Shown here piece by piece: positions 1 through 9,670 of a DNA stretch of 34,790 nucleotides. Origin of the DNA: a virus (Duplodnaviria > Heunggongvirae > Uroviricota > Caudoviricetes); the IMG/VR virus record IMGVR_UViG_2585427727_000020; one strand, 5' to 3'. Under the pieces are notes generated by a model. It was not told the origin of the DNA and searched no databases. It worked only from the letters and a program-made list of their open reading frames with translations. A program made the translations under genes and the position numbers. Positions within the stretch are counted from its first letter, which is position 1. Every line of letters starts with the position of its first letter.

Positions 1-726
1 ATTGTTTATCTTGACTGTATCGTCCTGAAAGTTCGGCAGGACAGTCGCGTCATCAACAAATCGGTGTTCCTGGCACTGGGCATCAATATCGAAGGTCAGA
101 AAGAACTGCTGGGTATGTGGCTGGCCGAAAATGAAGGGGCGAAGTTCTGGCTCAATGTGCTGACTGAACTGAAAAACCGCGGTCTGAACGATATCCTCAT
201 CGCCTGTGTGGATGGCCTGAAAGGCTTCCCGGATGCCATCGACACAGTATATCCGAAGGCCTGCATCCAGTTATGCATCGTGCATATGGTGCGCAACAGC
301 CTGCGCTTCGTGTCATGGAAGGACTACAAAGCCGTCACTCGCGACCTGAAAGCGATTTATCAGGCTCCCACGGAAGAAGCAGGCCAGCAGGCACTGGAAG
401 CGTTCGCTGCGGCCTGGGACAGTCGCTATCCTCAGATAAGCCGAAGCTGGCAGGCTAACTGGCCGAATCTTGCCACGTTCTTCGCTTATCCAACGGACAT
501 CCGCAAAGTGATCTATACGACGAATGCCATCGAGTCGCTAAACAGCGTGATCCGCCATGCGATCAAAAAGCGTAAAGTGTTCCCGACAGACGACTCGGTG
601 AAAAAAGTGGTGTGGCTGGCAATCCAGTCTGCGTCCCAGAAATGGACGATGCCGTTGAAGGACTGGCGAATGGCAATGAGCCGCTTTATTATCGAGTTCG
701 GTGACCGCCTGGACGGTCACTTCTGA
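1..726 (+). CDS. IS256-family (Mutator-type) transposase, C-terminal part; 5' end lies outside the window
   Basis: Frame is open from nt 1 (IVYLDCIVLKVRQDSRV...) to the stop at 724-726. Translation shows IS256-type transposase C-terminal blocks (LIACVDGLKGFPDAIDTVYP, CIVHMVRNSL, YTTNAIESLNSVIR). The ORF-track start at 64 is an internal GTG. Confidence 0.85.
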   Translation: MVYLDCIVLKVRQDSRVINKSVFLALGINIEGQKELLGMWLAENEGAKFWLNVLTELKNRGLNDILIACVDGLKGFPDAIDTVYPKACIQLCIVHMVRNSLRFVSWKDYKAVTRDLKAIYQAPTEEAGQQALEAFAAAWDSRYPQISRSWQANWPNLATFFAYPTDIRKVIYTTNAIESLNSVIRHAIKKRKVFPTDDSVKKVVWLAIQSASQKWTMPLKDWRMAMSRFIIEFGDRLDGHF

Positions 727-757
727 GAAAAGGCATTTACACAGAATCTTAAACAGG
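1..757 (+). mobile_element. Right-hand portion of an IS256-family insertion sequence; end approximate
   Basis: Transposase stop at 726 is expected near the IS terminus. The convergent tfa frame stops looking Tfa-like about 12 codons before its stop (about nt 755), which places the IS/prophage junction there. Terminal inverted repeat not identified. Confidence 0.5.
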
Positions 758-1232
758 CTCGTAATTTCAGTTGAATCAGACTGATGGAGGCCATTGCAGT
801 ATCAATCAGCGACTGGCGCTGTGCTTCTGCTGCATCTACTGCGGCGCTATGCTGTGCCACGGTATCCGTCACCCATTTCTCACCATCCCATTTATCGTAT
901 GGCGTTAACGGGGCGATAGTGGTTGTATTATCAGGGTAATCACCCGGAGCTGTGATTTCTTTTGATTCTCCTGTTTCAGTGCTATAGACAATTTCACCAC
1001 GATGGTCTGGCACATATACCCATGAGTTAAAATCTTCAGAACGGCAAATTGCATAACCAGTTTTGTATGAGTCTGGAGCATCTAAACAGGAACATGCCGG
1101 AATGCCTACACCAATGGCAAGATATTCTGTTGATGTGGAAATATATTCCCGCGTTTCACCATTATAATTATAAACGGTTATGTCTCCAGCTTTTATGGCA
1201 ATGAGTTCGTTATTTAAGACAACTTTATTCAT
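717..1232 (-). CDS. Phage tail fiber assembly protein (Tfa), C-terminus replaced by IS-derived codons
   Basis: N-terminal two thirds follow the caudoviral Tfa pattern (W..VPDHRGEIVY...PLTPYDKWDGEKWVTD). The last 12 residues (CLRFCVNAFSQK) are read from IS sequence and the stop overlaps the transposase 3' end. Confidence 0.7.
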   Translation of the reverse strand: MNKVVLNNELIAIKAGDITVYNYNGETREYISTSTEYLAIGVGIPACSCLDAPDSYKTGYAICRSEDFNSWVYVPDHRGEIVYSTETGESKEITAPGDYPDNTTTIAPLTPYDKWDGEKWVTDTVAQHSAAVDAAEAQRQSLIDTAMASISLIQLKLRACLRFCVNAFSQK

Positions 1233-1981
1233 CAGGCAGCCCTCACGATATAATTAAAGGCAATGTTACGAGGTCGGTTTTCGTTTGCAGTTGGAACAAC
1301 TCTGGAAGCATCGAATGTTACTCGCTTTGCATAACCACCTTTAATTGAATCCGATGAAGCATCTCCGATGACGCTGGTTGTAAAAACGCCAGAATCAGAA
1401 GGATAGGTATTGAACCTGACATCCACTAATGCACCAATTATATTTCGAATGGCATCGCCCTGTGATGAAAGCAAGCTACGGCTAGTATCTATTCCTCTTC
1501 TGTCATCCCAGCCACGAATAAACTCACCGCGTAAATCAGGCAATTTATTTGTCAGGTAAACTTTTGCCAGTTCCGGATACTCTTCGGCAGAAAAAGGCGC
1601 ACCGTTGCATTTCAGCCAGCCTGTTGGCGGAGTGGCTGAAGGCCACGGAACAGGCACCCCAACAGGTAATGCAGAACCTTCTCCCAAACCAAGGTTTTCG
1701 AGAGCCGTTTTCACCGTGCCATCCGATTTGATATCGCCAAACGGATTCTTGCGGCTTAACAGCAGCGCACGAAGCGCGGTAAGCAACTGGTCGTGCCGCC
1801 CCTTCTCCAGGCTGGCACCGGATGCCTCCACCACGCTGCAAAGCTCCTCCTGCAACATGTCAAAGTAGTCATCATCCAGATCGGTGGCAGGTGTGCCGGT
1901 CTGGGGGTTACCACGGGTAAAACCGTTCTTACCCGCGCCGAACTTATCCTTCTGCGCGGTTTTCGTGTCTATACGATGCAT
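1232..1981 (-). CDS. Phage tail fiber protein (short side fiber)
   Basis: 249-aa ORF directly upstream of tfa with start/stop coupling; Gly/Pro-rich central segment and a C-terminal region typical of enterobacterial prophage fibers; position after the baseplate genes. Confidence 0.65.
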   Translation of the reverse strand: MHRIDTKTAQKDKFGAGKNGFTRGNPQTGTPATDLDDDYFDMLQEELCSVVEASGASLEKGRHDQLLTALRALLLSRKNPFGDIKSDGTVKTALENLGLGEGSALPVGVPVPWPSATPPTGWLKCNGAPFSAEEYPELAKVYLTNKLPDLRGEFIRGWDDRRGIDTSRSLLSSQGDAIRNIIGALVDVRFNTYPSDSGVFTTSVIGDASSDSIKGGYAKRVTFDASRVVPTANENRPRNIAFNYIVRAA

Positions 1982-1984
1982 GGA

Positions 1985-2569
1985 TTACTCCGGATATTTA
2001 AAAATTACGTAGGTATGCGACGGGCAGAGTTTGTTAAGCACACACTCAACAACGGTGTCGCCCCAGATACGCAGTGCGGAAGCACAGGGATCGCCACATG
2101 TCATCCAAGTGGTGTTGGTGGCAGCTGGCATGTTGACCTGCCAGTAATACCGCCATTCCGGCGCATTCACCGCGTCAGTACAGGCCGATGAGCAGGTGAA
2201 CGTGCTTTTGTCGTATCGCGTGATGTTGGCATCTGGTCTGCCCAGGGCAGCAAGCTGTGCAAGATAAAAATCCTCGTTGATGCCGCCCACCAGGTTAACC
2301 TTCGCATCCAGCCGTTGCTGACGCTGGCGAAGGGTCTGCGTTCCCGCCGGAATACATTCATCCGGCAGACCGCACAGACGCTCCCAGCGGTTTATCAGTT
2401 CAGTGGTGGTGCGCGGATCCAGCTCCCGCATCAGGGCATCCGCACGCTGATGAACACGGGTTAATGAAGGTGCCGCACCGGCAATCGCCGGATCGCTGGC
2501 TGACCACGCCGGACCGGGCGGCAACAGTGCCGATAACAGGCGGATGTAATCATCGTTTGTCACGTCCAT
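1985..2569 (-). CDS. DUF2313/YmfQ-like tail protein (Mu gp48-like baseplate component)
   Basis: 194-aa ORF between the baseplate J-like gene and the tail fiber gene, overlapping the upstream gene; recognised from the translation as the YmfQ-like family that occupies this slot in e14. Confidence 0.6.
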   Translation of the reverse strand: MDVTNDDYIRLLSALLPPGPAWSASDPAIAGAAPSLTRVHQRADALMRELDPRTTTELINRWERLCGLPDECIPAGTQTLRQRQQRLDAKVNLVGGINEDFYLAQLAALGRPDANITRYDKSTFTCSSACTDAVNAPEWRYYWQVNMPAATNTTWMTCGDPCASALRIWGDTVVECVLNKLCPSHTYVIFKYPE

Positions 2570-3618
2570 GAAATCGTCCCCAGTACCGCCAGTTCGTTTT
2601 TCGCAATGGAGATATTGTCCACCGGTGCAAGCAACTGATGGCTGTATTCCCCGTTCGCACCGGAAATCGCCTCACTGATACGCGATACCTTCAGTTCTCC
2701 CTGCGGATAACCATCACGCAGCAGGAACGAACGCAACTCCGCGGTAATGGCAGCCCGTATTTCTGGTGTGTCCGGCGTCACGCGGATATGAAAATCCACC
2801 GTATGTGCCACCGGCCTGAATACATACAAATCAGAGCCTGCCACCGGGGCCAGTGGCCCGATATGTTGTCTTGCCGCCGTTTCCGTTGATTCTTCCGGAA
2901 TGGGGTTAATCAGGTCACTGCTGGCTATCATCACACCGACAGTCCCCGTTCCCATCCAGTGTCGGTATGTCCATGCGCGGGTAATGCCGGGCACTTCTTT
3001 AGCCCAGACGACATAGTCCCCGTCAGCCCCGCCCTGAGGCGTCCAGTAATACCGCTCAATGACGCGGGCGCGCCACGTTTCCAGCTCTTCAATATCAAAT
3101 CCACCTGTCAGGGTATCTGCCTCGCCGGAAGACGGCAGACCATTAACCGGCGTGACCAGGATTAATGACGTACCGTCGTCAGCGTTACCGACCGCGCCTG
3201 CACTTGAGCAGGCGATCGGCACGCGCAGGACACCACCGGTGCTGGTTGCATCGGCAGTTGCCGTGTACTGAACCAGGTCATCGCGCTGAATAACACTTCC
3301 GGCGGTCACCTTCAGGCCATCGCTGACACCTTCCCAGCGCATATACCCGCTGGCAGCCGTGGCCCCCTTGCGCGGACACCGTTTCATCGCAGCATGTCGC
3401 GCCAGCCAGGACTCATCGCACAGGTCAGGCAGCATGTTCATTGCCAGATAATCGATGTACCCGTAAACCGTATGCAGCGCCGCCGCATACACCTTTGCCC
3501 GCACGTCTTCATCCATGCGCCGGAGCGTGTCGCTGACGTCCAGCCTGGCGAATAAATCGTTACGGAGCATACTGATATTTTCTGCCAGCGTCGGGCGCTG
3601 AAATTCACTGTCCGCCAT
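2560..3618 (-). CDS. Baseplate J-like protein (Mu gp47 / P2 gpJ family)
   Basis: 352-aa ORF in a translationally coupled baseplate cluster; size, position and sequence character fit the baseplate J family. Confidence 0.75.
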   Translation of the reverse strand: MADSEFQRPTLAENISMLRNDLFARLDVSDTLRRMDEDVRAKVYAAALHTVYGYIDYLAMNMLPDLCDESWLARHAAMKRCPRKGATAASGYMRWEGVSDGLKVTAGSVIQRDDLVQYTATADATSTGGVLRVPIACSSAGAVGNADDGTSLILVTPVNGLPSSGEADTLTGGFDIEELETWRARVIERYYWTPQGGADGDYVVWAKEVPGITRAWTYRHWMGTGTVGVMIASSDLINPIPEESTETAARQHIGPLAPVAGSDLYVFRPVAHTVDFHIRVTPDTPEIRAAITAELRSFLLRDGYPQGELKVSRISEAISGANGEYSHQLLAPVDNISIAKNELAVLGTISWT

Positions 3619-4033
3619 GCGTTATCGCACTCCACAGATCATCAAAAGAAATCATTACCGGTCCGTCACGACGCCAGAGAGTGATACTGTTACCCAGTTC
3701 ATTAATCCCGGTGCGGCGGATATCCAGATCAATACGGGACACCACGCCGTCATCAATCATCCATTGCAGGCATTCGCGGATATACCCCCTTACCGTCTGC
3801 ACCAGCTGATTGGTCAGTTTGCTGCGCTGAAGCAGCCACAGTCGGGAGCCGTAACGGTCATTCTGTACCGCAGGCCAGGTATCCCCCCACCATCCCATCG
3901 GGACGTCGGCATTGTCATCAGGCTCCGCCCGCCGCCAGGTAAACAGGGAAATCACCACGGCGCGGGTCAGCGGATCCAGCGGTGCGCTGGCGCAGGTGCG
4001 TTTACCGTTCACCGTCAGCCACAGTTCCATCAT
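3605..4033 (-). CDS. Mu gp46-like baseplate protein
   Basis: 142-aa ORF overlapping both neighbours in the baseplate operon; conserved position between the spike and baseplate J genes. Confidence 0.6.
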   Translation of the reverse strand: MMELWLTVNGKRTCASAPLDPLTRAVVISLFTWRRAEPDDNADVPMGWWGDTWPAVQNDRYGSRLWLLQRSKLTNQLVQTVRGYIRECLQWMIDDGVVSRIDLDIRRTGINELGNSITLWRRDGPVMISFDDLWSAITHGGQ

Positions 4034-4578
4034 GCCTCCATCGCTTTATCAGGTTTGTCGGTGTTACTGCCCTGACCGTTCTCTCTGTGACGATGCCCGT
4101 TATAGGCAAGCCGCATCGCTGACATGGTGGTGCCGCCGGAGTCGCACAGGTCTTTCACCTGTCCGGTCACTTCAAGGTCCATTTCAAAACGTGCTTTAGG
4201 TGAATTGCGAAACGTGATCGTTTTACCTGCACCGTCCACCACGATCCCCTCCCGGGTCAGCGTCACGGACTGCCCCTGATCGTCATAGACAGCCACCTCA
4301 CCCGTCTGCAGCCCTTTCAGGCGGTAGCGCCGGTCCGACACCGTAACAACCACCGCATGAGAACGGTCGCCATCCGGAAACAACACCACCGCTTCCGCAC
4401 CGCTGTTTGCCCTTGCGGTAAAACCGTAGGGTTCAAGATGTTCAACCCCGGCTTTGGGTTCACCGGCAATCAGGGACACATCCACGGTCTGACATTTCGT
4501 GGCGGCACTGATGCTTTTCACCACCGCCCGCCCAATCAGGCCGAGGAGTTGTCGCTGTATGGTTTCAATCGCCTTCAT
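4030..4578 (-). CDS. Baseplate assembly/spike protein (Mu gp45 / gpV-like)
   Basis: 182-aa ORF with start overlapping the upstream stop; beta-rich N-terminal domain and synteny with the hub and gp46-like genes. Confidence 0.6.
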   Translation of the reverse strand: MKAIETIQRQLLGLIGRAVVKSISAATKCQTVDVSLIAGEPKAGVEHLEPYGFTARANSGAEAVVLFPDGDRSHAVVVTVSDRRYRLKGLQTGEVAVYDDQGQSVTLTREGIVVDGAGKTITFRNSPKARFEMDLEVTGQVKDLCDSGGTTMSAMRLAYNGHRHRENGQGSNTDKPDKAMEA

Positions 4579-5657
4579 CAGAACGGGTCCTCCTGTACTC
4601 TGGCTTTTTTCTTTTTCCGCGCGCCGGGGGCTTCGGGTTCAGGCAGATAAGCATCAGGTGGGCCGACACGGATTTCCGTCAGGGTGCCATTCTGGTCCTG
4701 AGTAAACGTGACTTCCGAGACAAGCAGTTCGGTATTGTCGAAACCACAGACCGGATCGAAGACAATCACCCGCTGGTTGGGCTGCCACAGCGTACCGTTA
4801 CCCTGTCGCCAGCCCTGCACCACATAGGTGGTTTCATCCGTCCGCGCCGCCCGTTGCCGGGCTTCAAAGTCAGCACGGGCAATACAGCCTGCCCCCGTGG
4901 CCTGCCCTGTCTGCCTGATATACATCGGACGGTAACGGGCAATAAATGCGTCCTCTGTGCGGGCCCGCAGCGCGGTGGTGGTGGCCTCACCGAAATCATC
5001 GTCGTTTCCGGCACGCTGCCCCGCCACCTGGTAAACTGAAAACCGCTCCCGGATACTCTTCTCCGTATCACAGGAAAGGATGTTTTCCCCAAGTACCAGC
5101 GCGGTATGTGCCCGCGTTGAGCCAATACCGCCAATCACCAGCCTGCCGTGCGGGTCGTCATAAGCCAGCGCCTGCTGCTGACCGAGTATTTTGTTGATTA
5201 CCTCAATCACCGTTTCACCGTGATCAGGCTGGACATCAGGAATAACACCCGACGGCGCACCGCTGTTCACCACCTCAATGCCGAAAGGCGCAGCAAGCGC
5301 CTGCGCAATCTGTACCAGCGATCGTCCGTTAAACTGTGTCGGTTCGGCTGCACAGTCAATCAGGTCAGCGGTCAGACTGCGTCCGGCAATACCGGTGCTG
5401 ACCGAACGGGCATCGTAACGAACGGGCGTCGCCTCCACCCAGCCGGTGATCACCAGCTCATCACCAATCAGCACCTCCACTTTTGAACCGTTTTTAATGC
5501 GCGGCTGAAGCGTGGTGATACCCTCATCTCCCGGCCACTGGCGGGTGATCTCCACACTGAAATCCCGCGCCAGTCGTTCAACACCGGCACCGATGCGCAC
5601 CGATGTCCAGCCATTCCACTCCCGGCCATTTACCCGTAGCGTGACGTTATCGTTCAT
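4578..5657 (-). CDS. Mu gp44-like baseplate hub protein
   Basis: 359-aa ORF between the DNA-circularisation-like gene and the spike gene in a Mu-type tail module; ends with a lysine-rich tail (ARKKKKARVQ). Confidence 0.6.
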   Translation of the reverse strand: MNDNVTLRVNGREWNGWTSVRIGAGVERLARDFSVEITRQWPGDEGITTLQPRIKNGSKVEVLIGDELVITGWVEATPVRYDARSVSTGIAGRSLTADLIDCAAEPTQFNGRSLVQIAQALAAPFGIEVVNSGAPSGVIPDVQPDHGETVIEVINKILGQQQALAYDDPHGRLVIGGIGSTRAHTALVLGENILSCDTEKSIRERFSVYQVAGQRAGNDDDFGEATTTALRARTEDAFIARYRPMYIRQTGQATGAGCIARADFEARQRAARTDETTYVVQGWRQGNGTLWQPNQRVIVFDPVCGFDNTELLVSEVTFTQDQNGTLTEIRVGPPDAYLPEPEAPGARKKKKARVQEDPF

Positions 5658-6982
5658 TGTACTGGCACCTTCAGAGGGATCACCGGCACAAAGCCGGGAT
5701 GCGTAATGGCATTACGCCGGATAATGTCCGCGTCACGCGCCGCGTTATCAAACCAGGTCGCCGCCAGCACCAGCGCGGGTAAAACCTCATCCGGCGTGCG
5801 CTGAATGATCCGTGCAGACTGTTCAAGGCGCGTGTTGATATCCGCATTCAGATCTGCTTTCACCCGGCGCAGCGCCAGAAACAGCGCATCACTGGTTGTA
5901 CGGGACAACTCCTTATCAATTGCCGTATTCAGTGTGTCGCGAATGTCAGTCAGTTCTTCCCACGTCGGCAGATCAACCGTGTTTTTCACCGCCGGTGCAT
6001 TGTTCAGTGCCGGATGCGTGACGGAAGGCCAGCCGGTGCTCTGCGCAGCTGTTGTTGCCTGCCCCACTGCGGCATTCTGCATCACCGCGGAAGTTGTTGG
6101 CGCAGGCAATCGGGTGACGGCATACGCCGCTTCGCTGATTGCGGTCGTACGAAGGGTGCTGGCAACCACGTTACGCTGCTGCGTCGCCGTGGCGGTGGTT
6201 TTACTGTCCGTTTTCCAGACGCCGCGCGGTTGCAGATCGCTGCCGAGGCTGACACCGGAAAGCGTTTTGATCATGGTGACCAGGTCGCTGGCGTTACCAT
6301 AAAGGCGTTTCCCGGTACGCCACATTTTCTGCACCTGCTCAACGAAATTTTTGCCTGACGATGGCGGCGGCAGAAGTACCGAGATATCCCCCTGCAACAG
6401 CCTGGCGGCATCCGATACGGCAGAATCCACCACTTTCATCGCATCAGAAATATACCCAAGCATTGTGCCGGCATTACCGACGACGTCGTTCTGCACAAAA
6501 TCTGCCACGCCATCGATACTGAAACCACTGAAACTGTCACTGATGCAGTCATCCAGTGCAGAACAGGATGACATCAGCGTCTGCGCCGTCGCCGCACCTG
6601 ATGTGGGGTAAGAGAGTTCTCCCGCTTCGACAAACTTCAGGTCAAAGCGGACAATACGCCCTTCACTTTTCGATGTGCTGACCCGAACTTCCCCGTCAAC
6701 ACAGACTTTCAGCTCACCATATGTCGGGTGGACAAGCGTGCCGGGACCGGGTTTATTCAGCGCTTCAATCAGGCGATCGCGCTGGTCAAAGCAGTCATCT
6801 CCCACCACATAAGCTGTGATGGACGGGCGGAAAGTGACTTTTCCCAGATCTTCGGTATAGGGTTTGTCGCGGTTCGGATATTCGTGTGTTTCCACACGAC
6901 GGCCGGTTCCCGCACTTTCTTCTTCAACCTTAAACGGCACACCTCGAAATGACGCATCCTGAAGCCTGTCTTTCCACGTCAT
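5654..6982 (-). CDS. Mu gp43-like DNA circularisation protein (tail module)
   Basis: About 440-aa ORF immediately after the tape-measure region; N-terminus (TWKDRLQDASFRGVPF...HEYPNRD) is typical of this family. The ATG at 6980-6982 is preferred over the ORF-track GTG at 6988. Confidence 0.7.
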   Translation of the reverse strand: MTWKDRLQDASFRGVPFKVEEESAGTGRRVETHEYPNRDKPYTEDLGKVTFRPSITAYVVGDDCFDQRDRLIEALNKPGPGTLVHPTYGELKVCVDGEVRVSTSKSEGRIVRFDLKFVEAGELSYPTSGAATAQTLMSSCSALDDCISDSFSGFSIDGVADFVQNDVVGNAGTMLGYISDAMKVVDSAVSDAARLLQGDISVLLPPPSSGKNFVEQVQKMWRTGKRLYGNASDLVTMIKTLSGVSLGSDLQPRGVWKTDSKTTATATQQRNVVASTLRTTAISEAAYAVTRLPAPTTSAVMQNAAVGQATTAAQSTGWPSVTHPALNNAPAVKNTVDLPTWEELTDIRDTLNTAIDKELSRTTSDALFLALRRVKADLNADINTRLEQSARIIQRTPDEVLPALVLAATWFDNAARDADIIRRNAITHPGFVPVIPLKVPVQ

Positions 6983-6992
6983 ATACACTCCG

Positions 6993-7020
6993 AAAAAAAA
7001 GCCACCTATTAGAAGGTGGC
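6993..7020 (-). terminator. Rho-independent terminator of the tail-module moron
   Basis: Minus strand reads a 7-bp GC-rich stem (GCCACCT / AGGTGGC, 6-nt loop) followed by eight T, starting 21 nt after the stop of the 7041-7571 gene. Confidence 0.5.
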
Positions 7021-7040
7021 CTTGTAATGAATTTTATTAA

Positions 7041-7571
7041 TTAGCGAGTCAGAAACAACGAATCTTTATACTTTTGCTGTTGTTCATTTAAATACTTAGC
7101 TGTTTCATCGCTGGCAAATGGAAATATTACCGTATTTTTAGGCATGGTAATTTCTTTTTTGTCCAGCGTCAGAGTAAACATAGGAACATACTGAGCAGAG
7201 TAACGCACCGCAGAAATGAGCTCTAGTTTAGACTCTTCAACAACACTTAAATTATCCAGGCTAACTTTCTCTTCATCTTTTTTCTTTGACGCATTTAAAG
7301 TTTTTATTACTTTATTTAATTTCTCCTGAAAATCCTCCTTAAAGTTTTCAGGATTGCCGTCGACAACAAGAATCTGTTCACCCTGATTATCTGGAAAAAT
7401 AATCTTTGCACTTATCAATTTATTTTCTTTATAAACATCACCAAGTTTTATGGCTCCTCCAGATAACTGAATAATATGTTCATCTTTAAAGGAGATGTTG
7501 CCAGAGATTATGAGAGATGAAAAAATAGCCGCTGCTCCAAGAATTACACTTGCTGTGATATAGCCTTTCAT
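7041..7571 (-). CDS. Low-GC moron: membrane-anchored hypothetical protein inserted between the tape-measure and DNA-circularisation genes
   Basis: 176-aa ORF with one N-terminal hydrophobic anchor (ITASVILGAAAIFSSLIISG) and a charged K/E-rich remainder. Far more AT-rich than flanking tail genes; own promoter-like element and terminator. Confidence 0.6.
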   Translation of the reverse strand: MKGYITASVILGAAAIFSSLIISGNISFKDEHIIQLSGGAIKLGDVYKENKLISAKIIFPDNQGEQILVVDGNPENFKEDFQEKLNKVIKTLNASKKKDEEKVSLDNLSVVEESKLELISAVRYSAQYVPMFTLTLDKKEITMPKNTVIFPFASDETAKYLNEQQQKYKDSLFLTR

Positions 7572-7606
7572 TTTTCGCCTATTAACATTTTTCTAAATGT
7601 GCATTA

Positions 7607-7634
7607 ATTCTATCACTCTATTTATGACTTACAA
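7607..7634 (-). promoter_or_regulatory. Sigma70-like promoter for the moron (TTGTAA-N16-TAGAAT on the minus strand)
   Basis: Hexamers read on the minus strand in the AT-rich gap between the tape-measure stop and the moron start. Confidence 0.35.
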
Positions 7635-7662
7635 CCAGCAATACCTGTGAGGGGAATCCTGG

Positions 7663-9495
7663 CTACCAAAATCGGGTATAGCCAACATCGTGATTTATAT
7701 CAATGCCACTGGAGCGTGTTTCCGTAACCCGCATACCTGATGGCATATTTATAAATGATACCTTGATCTCACCATCAACTTTTGGCGCGGTAGCTTTATT
7801 AATCATGAAGGGATTCGGGCCTGTGGCACCGGAGGCGTTGTTTGCCTGAGCCGGATCCACCTCCGGATAAGGAGTGTATCCCCGTGGCGGTATTCCCGTC
7901 CCATAAGCATCATAAGCACCCGCGCCCCACTGCGCCGAGTTAATGGCATCGACCGTGTCACCGGAACTGTCGGTAAACCACTCAATAATTGGCTTCAGCT
8001 TGTCCCACATATCCTGAAACCACTTAACAACCGGTCCCCAGTTATTGATCACCATTCCCAGCGGCGACCAGGCAAAAACTTTCTTCAGAAGTTCCCAGCC
8101 AGCCTCAAAATAAGGACCAATGGTTTCCCAGAGCTTCTTAAAATAAGGTCCGACAACATCCCAGTTAGTGATAATTAATCCCGCAGCCAGAGCAATCGCC
8201 GTCGCAATCATGCCAATCGGCGTCATCGACATAATCCTGCTGACAATACTGATGGCACTGCCCACGCCCATCAATCCCAGTTTCAGAATCGCAAGACCGG
8301 CAGCAAGCCCGACGACGCTGCGAATAACCCGGGGATTTTCATCCGCAAACTTCGTGAATTTTTCCCCTAACTCCCCCAGCCATTGCGTGATATTTTTGGC
8401 GTCACCAGAAAATGCGCCGCCAATAGCCGCAAGGCCGTTAGTTGCGGTCCCCGTCATTGCCTCCCACAGGTTGGACAGCGTACCAAGCTGGGCCTGAACA
8501 CGTTTATTCAGGCTAGCCTGTTTATTCATCTTCTGCTGGATCTGATCGTAACCATCCTTTCCTTTATCGATCAGAGCATTGACCACCTGAAGGGTTTCGG
8601 CATCATCACCAAATATTGCCTTAAGTACACCTGTTCGCTTAACGTCGGTCAGTTTTCGCAGCTTTGCCAGTTGCTTAAACATGTTATCAAGACCGCCAAA
8701 ACTCCCTTTGCCGTCAGTAAAATCGAGCTGCACTCCGAGTTTCTGGCGGGCCATGACTTTATTGACGTCCCTGATTTTCTTAACGCTTAATCCGGACTGG
8801 ATAACTTTTCGCAGGGCATTACCTGCCGACTCCCCGTTCATCCCCATCTGATCCATCATGACGCTGATAGGGGCAAGGCTCTGTGCAGCCTGAAGACCGT
8901 CCTTATTCACCATTTTCAGAACAGAACTGGTTTTAGTGAAGAAGGACAACATGTTGGTATCATCAACGCCCAGATAAAACGCCTTCTGGATAGTGTCGAA
9001 CAGCCCCATCATGTCTTCTGACGCCGTTCCGGTAGCATCCTGCATCTTTGCAGCAAACTCAGCAGCCGCTTCCGGTGTTTTTTTCAGTTGTACCGCAAGA
9101 TAAGCTGTCGCTTTACCCACACCACCAAGAATGTTTTCTGCCGGGATCCCCTGACGCACCAGCATCTGCATCATGTTCTGGAAATCAGCCGTTGTACCGG
9201 GTAGCTGGTTACCCAGACCAATAGCCAGTTTATTGATGTCCTGAAAGCGCTTTCCGACCTCACCGTTCGCATCCATCATGGCAACTTTCAGCCCGGTGGC
9301 GGCGTTTTCCTGATCGGCATAAGATTTCAGGGAAAGCGTCAGACCCGCAGCCAGTCCGCCACCAAGCGCCAGCCCACCCTGTGACGCTTCTTCCGCCTGG
9401 CGTTTAAATCCCCGGATTTTCTTTTGCATTTTCGACAGCGCGGGAGAAAGCCTGTCGACACCGGTGATCAACGCCTTAAGCTCAAATTCCGCCAT
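7663..9495 (-). CDS. Tail tape measure protein
   Basis: 610-aa ORF with long Ala/Gly-rich helical regions and hydrophobic segments (GLAAGLAILKLGLMGVGSAISIV), directly downstream of the chaperone pair. Confidence 0.85.
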   Translation of the reverse strand: MAEFELKALITGVDRLSPALSKMQKKIRGFKRQAEEASQGGLALGGGLAAGLTLSLKSYADQENAATGLKVAMMDANGEVGKRFQDINKLAIGLGNQLPGTTADFQNMMQMLVRQGIPAENILGGVGKATAYLAVQLKKTPEAAAEFAAKMQDATGTASEDMMGLFDTIQKAFYLGVDDTNMLSFFTKTSSVLKMVNKDGLQAAQSLAPISVMMDQMGMNGESAGNALRKVIQSGLSVKKIRDVNKVMARQKLGVQLDFTDGKGSFGGLDNMFKQLAKLRKLTDVKRTGVLKAIFGDDAETLQVVNALIDKGKDGYDQIQQKMNKQASLNKRVQAQLGTLSNLWEAMTGTATNGLAAIGGAFSGDAKNITQWLGELGEKFTKFADENPRVIRSVVGLAAGLAILKLGLMGVGSAISIVSRIMSMTPIGMIATAIALAAGLIITNWDVVGPYFKKLWETIGPYFEAGWELLKKVFAWSPLGMVINNWGPVVKWFQDMWDKLKPIIEWFTDSSGDTVDAINSAQWGAGAYDAYGTGIPPRGYTPYPEVDPAQANNASGATGPNPFMINKATAPKVDGEIKVSFINMPSGMRVTETRSSGIDINHDVGYTRFW

Positions 9496-9670
9496 GTGTG
9501 CGTTTCTCCTGCTCTATCCTGTTTGCCTGACTGACCAGCAAGGGAATTTCACTGATCGGCATATTCAGCAATTCGAAAGGATTAATGCGCCAGTAGCTGG
9601 CGCAGTCAAAGAAGCGATCAGTGAGGTATTCAGCCGTCAAGCCTGGAGAAAAAACCCAGCCACAAGCCAC
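9482..9670 (-). CDS. -1 frame partner of the tail assembly chaperone (probable frameshift extension)
   Basis: ORF in the -1 frame relative to 9637-9906, overlapping its 3' end and the tape-measure start. The overlap contains a U6 run (mRNA GCU GGG UUU UUU CUC). Has no plausible independent start. Confidence 0.45.
   Translation of the reverse strand: MACGWVFSPGLTAEYLTDRFFDCASYWRINPFELLNMPISEIPLLVSQANRIEQEKRTHGGI

Noticed and set aside
1545-1868. ORFs 1545-1841(-), 1549-1731(+) and 1605-1868(+) overlapping the tail fiber gene
   Set aside because: Lie entirely inside a well-supported coding gene in other frames; Arg/Pro-rich translations typical of shadow ORFs in GC-rich DNA.
9637-9670. Canonical X XXY YYZ slippery heptamer for the chaperone frameshift
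   Set aside because: The zero-frame context is G UUU UUU, not a canonical heptamer; reported only as a U6 tract with a probable, not proven, shift site.
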